A stretch of 61,265 bases of DNA from an uncultured Gammaproteobacteria bacterium (GTDB lineage Bacteria; Patescibacteriota; Microgenomatia; UBA8517): contig CAYRCU010000004.1 of NCBI GenBank assembly GCA_964422865.1, forward strand, positions 1 to 61,265, read 5' to 3'. The notes beneath the pieces are model-generated. The model had not been told where the DNA came from and did not search any database. It was given only the letters and a program-made list of their open reading frames with translations. Each line of letters begins with the position of its first letter. The stretch's first letter is position 1. Shown one piece after another: positions 56,024 through 61,265 of the stretch. Position numbers and translations under genes: made by a program.

Positions 56024-58132
56024 TTATGCTTCAGGTGAGGGTTTTTGAGATGAATAGAGGGAATAGATTAATATAGCTGATGCGGTTAATATACCGATCC
56101 AGTGAATTGTTGTAAGAGTTTCTGTTGCGACAATCATTGGTGCTATTAGTATTGCCACAAGATTCATGACTTTTAGAAGGGGGTTTATGGCGGGACCCGC
56201 AGTATCTTTTAGAGGATCTCCCACAGTGTCTCCCACCACTGTTGCTTTGTGGGCTTCTGAGCCCTTTCCACCGTATAGGCCTTCTTCAATCATCTTTTTG
56301 GCGTTATCCCATGCTCCTCCCGCATTGGCCATGAATACTCCGAGAAGCTGACCTGTGAGGATGGTGCCTGCCAGGAAGCCTCCGAGAGCTTCTGCCTTGA
56401 GAAGGAATCCAATTAAAACGGGAACAATGATTGCAACAAGTGCTGGGGCTGCAAGGGCGGAGAGCGCCGCTTTGGTGGTGAGATCTACGACTTTGGCGTA
56501 ATCCGGTTTTTGAGTTCCTTTCATGATTCCGGGCATTTCTTTAAACTGTCTTCTTACTTCGTTTATCACGGCAAAAGTGGAGTCACTGACAGCTTTTATG
56601 GTAAGAGATGAGAAAAGAAAAGGGACAGCTCCTCCAATGAGAAGGCCCACAAATACTTCCGGGTGGGAAACGTCAATGTGCGAGAGGCCGTTATCTGTTA
56701 GATAGCTTTCAAAAAGAGAAACTGCTGCTACTACGGCTGACGCTATTGCAAAACCTTTGGTTGTTGCTTTGGTTGTGTTTCCGATTGAATCGAGTTTTGC
56801 GAGAATTGAATTTGCTTTGCCTTTCATGGCGGTGAGCTCCGCTATTCCTTGGGCGTTGTCGGAGACCGGCCCGAATCCGTCCATGGAGACGATAAATCCT
56901 GTGGTTGTTAACATTCCCATGCCTGCGAGCGCTACGCCGTAAGCTGCTACTACGGGATCGGTGAACAAATAGAATGAGGCGAGGACTGTAACTCCTATGG
57001 CGAGTGCTGCCCAGACGGTGGAGTTGAAGCCTGAGACGAGTCCGGCAAGAATTACAGTGGCAGGTCCGGTTTGGGATTGTTTTGTGATTCCCCTTGCTGG
57101 TGCATGGTCCCCCGTTGCGTAGTCGGTGAGATAAAAGATTACGCCTGAAAGGATGATTCCGATGGTTGTGGCGAGACCCAAGTTAAAACTTCCTGTGAAG
57201 TAGTTTGAAAGCCAAAAAAAGCCGACTATTGATACTAGTGACGAAATTGCAAAAGAGTAGAGAATGGCGTTCATTCCGTCTCTTATTTCACTTTTACCCT
57301 TGGCTTTTATGGTGAAGATGCCGATGGTTGAAGTCATGACTCCCAGAGCGCGGACTGCCAGAGGAAAGAGAACTCCCGGAAGACCGAATGTGACGGCTCC
57401 TAAAATCATTGCGGCAACGAGGGTTACTTCATAGCTTTCAAAAAGATCAGCCGCCATTCCCGCACAGTCTCCGACGTTATCCCCTACTTGATCTGCAATG
57501 ACGGCGGCGTTTCTTGGATCATCTTCAGGAATGCCTTTTTCTACTTTTCCCACGAGATCTGCACCTATGTCGGCGGCTTTTGTGTAAATTCCTCCTCCTA
57601 CTCTCATAAATAGTGCTATAAGACTTCCACCAAAGCCGAATCCTATTAATACTTCTGTTGCGTTATCGCCGTATATCCAATAGATGATTGTAGCTCCCAA
57701 AAGGCCGAGTCCCACAGTGAGCATTCCGGTTGTTGCTCCGGCTTTGAACGCAAGCTCCATAGCCTGCCCGAACCCTTTTTTGGCGGCTTGGGCAACTCTT
57801 ACGTTTGCGCGGGTTGCTATGTTCATGCCGATGGTTCCGATGAGAGCCGAAAACACTGAGCCCATAATGAATGCCAGTGCCCGGCCTAATCTTAGGCTTG
57901 GATCCGGAGATGTTAGGTAGAGAAATGCTGTTAGAACGACAATGATTGGGGCTATTGTTGTGAATTGTCGCTTGAGATACGCATTTGCTCCGGCTTTGAT
58001 GGCATCACTTACTTCTACCATTTCCTTGTTACCTGTGGGTTTTGAAAGAACCAGGCGGGCAAGATAGAAAGCAATTGCGATTCCTGCGAGGGATGAAAGG
58101 AGAATTATTGTTAGAAATAGGTTGAGATTCAT
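56024..58132 (-). CDS. hppA: Membrane proton-translocating pyrophosphatase, predicted K+-independent
   Basis: GGIYTKAADIGADLVGKVE, EDDPRN, GDNVGD, GNTTKA, GDTVGDPLKDT. Confidence 0.96.
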   Translation of the reverse strand: MNLNLFLTIILLSSLAGIAIAFYLARLVLSKPTGNKEMVEVSDAIKAGANAYLKRQFTTIAPIIVVLTAFLYLTSPDPSLRLGRALAFIMGSVFSALIGTIGMNIATRANVRVAQAAKKGFGQAMELAFKAGATTGMLTVGLGLLGATIIYWIYGDNATEVLIGFGFGGSLIALFMRVGGGIYTKAADIGADLVGKVEKGIPEDDPRNAAVIADQVGDNVGDCAGMAADLFESYEVTLVAAMILGAVTFGLPGVLFPLAVRALGVMTSTIGIFTIKAKGKSEIRDGMNAILYSFAISSLVSIVGFFWLSNYFTGSFNLGLATTIGIILSGVIFYLTDYATGDHAPARGITKQSQTGPATVILAGLVSGFNSTVWAALAIGVTVLASFYLFTDPVVAAYGVALAGMGMLTTTGFIVSMDGFGPVSDNAQGIAELTAMKGKANSILAKLDSIGNTTKATTKGFAIASAVVAAVSLFESYLTDNGLSHIDVSHPEVFVGLLIGGAVPFLFSSLTIKAVSDSTFAVINEVRRQFKEMPGIMKGTQKPDYAKVVDLTTKAALSALAAPALVAIIVPVLIGFLLKAEALGGFLAGTILTGQLLGVFMANAGGAWDNAKKMIEEGLYGGKGSEAHKATVVGDTVGDPLKDTAGPAINPLLKVMNLVAILIAPMIVATETLTTIHWIGILTASAILIYSLYSSQKPSPEA

Positions 58133-58217
58133 CTTTAATATGGATAAACAAATTGACTCGCTTTTTACGAGTCTGAGGGTATTTTAGGAAAAAGTCGAGT
58201 GGAATGCAAGTGTAAAT

Positions 58218-60218
<2,001 letters not shown>

Positions 60219-60272
60219 TTATGTGTTGGGTGTATTCAAGCTGGGAAATGCGGAAAGTGTGAGTTTGTGTTT

Positions 60273-60584
60273 CTGGATTCCCGATCGAGTCGGGAATGAC
60301 ACACACCTGTCATTCCCGCCCTCCATTGTCATTCCCGCGAAAGCGGGAATCTAGTGAGAATGACAGTGGGAGTCGGAAATGACAGAACACTCCCTTTGTC
60401 ATTCCTGCCCTCCATTGTCATTCCTACCCTTCGTTGTCATTCCTACCGCCCCCTATTGCCGTTCCTGCCTTCCGTTGTCATTCCCGCCCTCCATTGTCAT
60501 TCCCGCGAAAGCGGGAATCTAGTGGAAGTGGCAGTGGGAGTCGGGAATGACGGGGGGAGGAGTCGGGAATGACGGGGGGAGGAG
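60273..60584. repeat. Cluster of dRS3/REP-like palindromic repeats and derived tandem units
   Basis: ATTCCCGCGAAAGCGGGAAT at 60331 and 60499; ATTCCCGATCGAGTCGGGAAT at 60277; many GTCATTCC/GGAATGAC units. Confidence 0.9.
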
Positions 60585-61193
60585 TTAGAATGTATTGGTT
60601 TGCAAACAAAGGTTTATAAGCTGGAGTGTGGGGTTGCCGTTTTTTTGGAGAGCTGTGAGTGTTTTTTGAGCTTTTTCGAGTGGAAAAGCGAGATTGGGAG
60701 TTTTTTTCATTAATTTATATCCCCCAAGGATTAGGGAAGTCGTAAATTCCACTGCCTCTTCCCTACCCTTTATTCTTGAAATTGTTTCGAGCTTTTTGAT
60801 GGTGGACTGGGAGAAAAATTTTTTTGCTTTTTTAATTTCTTCTCTTGAGATTTTGGGTTGATTGTTGATGTTAATCAATTGACAGCGAGAGAGAATTGTG
60901 GGGAGGACGGAGTTTTCTGAGCTTGCCGTGAGGATGTAGATAAGATTTTCTTGAGGCTCTTCAAGGGATTTTAGAAACGCGTTTTGCGCGGGTTCTGAGG
61001 CTTTGTCAAATTCTTTAATTATTACTGCAGTTTTTTGATTCAGGGAGAGGCGGGTGAATCTTCCAAGGGCGCGCACATCATCAATTTTTTTAAGTTCGAA
61101 TGGATATGGCTTTGCGTCAAAATTATCAAGAAAGTCTTTAATTTTTCGGTCAGCCGCCTTGTTTGTGCGACTTGTTATGAGAAAAGCGTGCAT
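60585..61193 (-). CDS. holB: DNA polymerase III delta' subunit (short form)
   Basis: IDDVR, AQNAFLKSLEEP, VLPTILSRC. Confidence 0.85.
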   Translation of the reverse strand: MHAFLITSRTNKAADRKIKDFLDNFDAKPYPFELKKIDDVRALGRFTRLSLNQKTAVIIKEFDKASEPAQNAFLKSLEEPQENLIYILTASSENSVLPTILSRCQLININNQPKISREEIKKAKKFFSQSTIKKLETISRIKGREEAVEFTTSLILGGYKLMKKTPNLAFPLEKAQKTLTALQKNGNPTLQLINLCLQTNTF

Positions 61194-61206
61194 ATTTGTG
61201 TTTTTG

Positions 61207-61265
61207 TTACGGATTAATCTCCCTCCACACAATCCTTTTTCGTGAAAGGTTTCTGGGGTAGTTCA
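61207..61265 (-). CDS. 3' end of an upstream gene (partial)
   Basis: Open frame from window edge reading NYPRNLSRKRIVWREINP* and ending just before holB. Confidence 0.4.
   Translation of the reverse strand, partial: NYPRNLSRKRIVWREINP

Noticed and set aside
60273-60584. Possible CRISPR array
   Set aside because: Units are degenerate and in both orientations, with no unique equal-length spacers and no cas genes.

Overview
This 61 kb window is bacterial chromosomal DNA in genetic code 11. Gene content and compactness suggest a Patescibacteria/CPR genome, probably Microgenomates (inference, not a database result). It is mostly housekeeping: rseP, proS, ybeY, dnaX-ybaB-recR, cysS, ychF, rpsF-ssb-rpsR, ctpA/htrA, rpmE-prfA, hisS, dnaB, tRNA-Leu(CAA), efp, dksA-like, rluA-like, kef-like, yebC, a Xer-type recombinase, gyrA, hppA, gyrB and holB. 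Accessory content includes an OmpR-type two-component system with a duplicated operator, an island (divergent IMPDH/GMPR-like enzyme, two orphans, RHH/RelE toxin-antitoxin), an NHL-repeat surface protein at the tRNA 3' end, an orphan DNA methyltransferase and a dRS3/REP-like repeat cluster. The most striking unexplained structure is at 41.45-43.73 kb. A TrpR/YerC-like gene is bracketed by two directly repeated palindromes immediately downstream of the tyrosine recombinase, and the long intergenic region upstream carries a dif-like 11-6-11 site, a matching half-site at the recombinase promoter, another perfect palindrome and a DnaA box. Many genes look leaderless. The + strand is G/T-rich throughout. 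All assignments come from reading motifs by eye; no searches were run.
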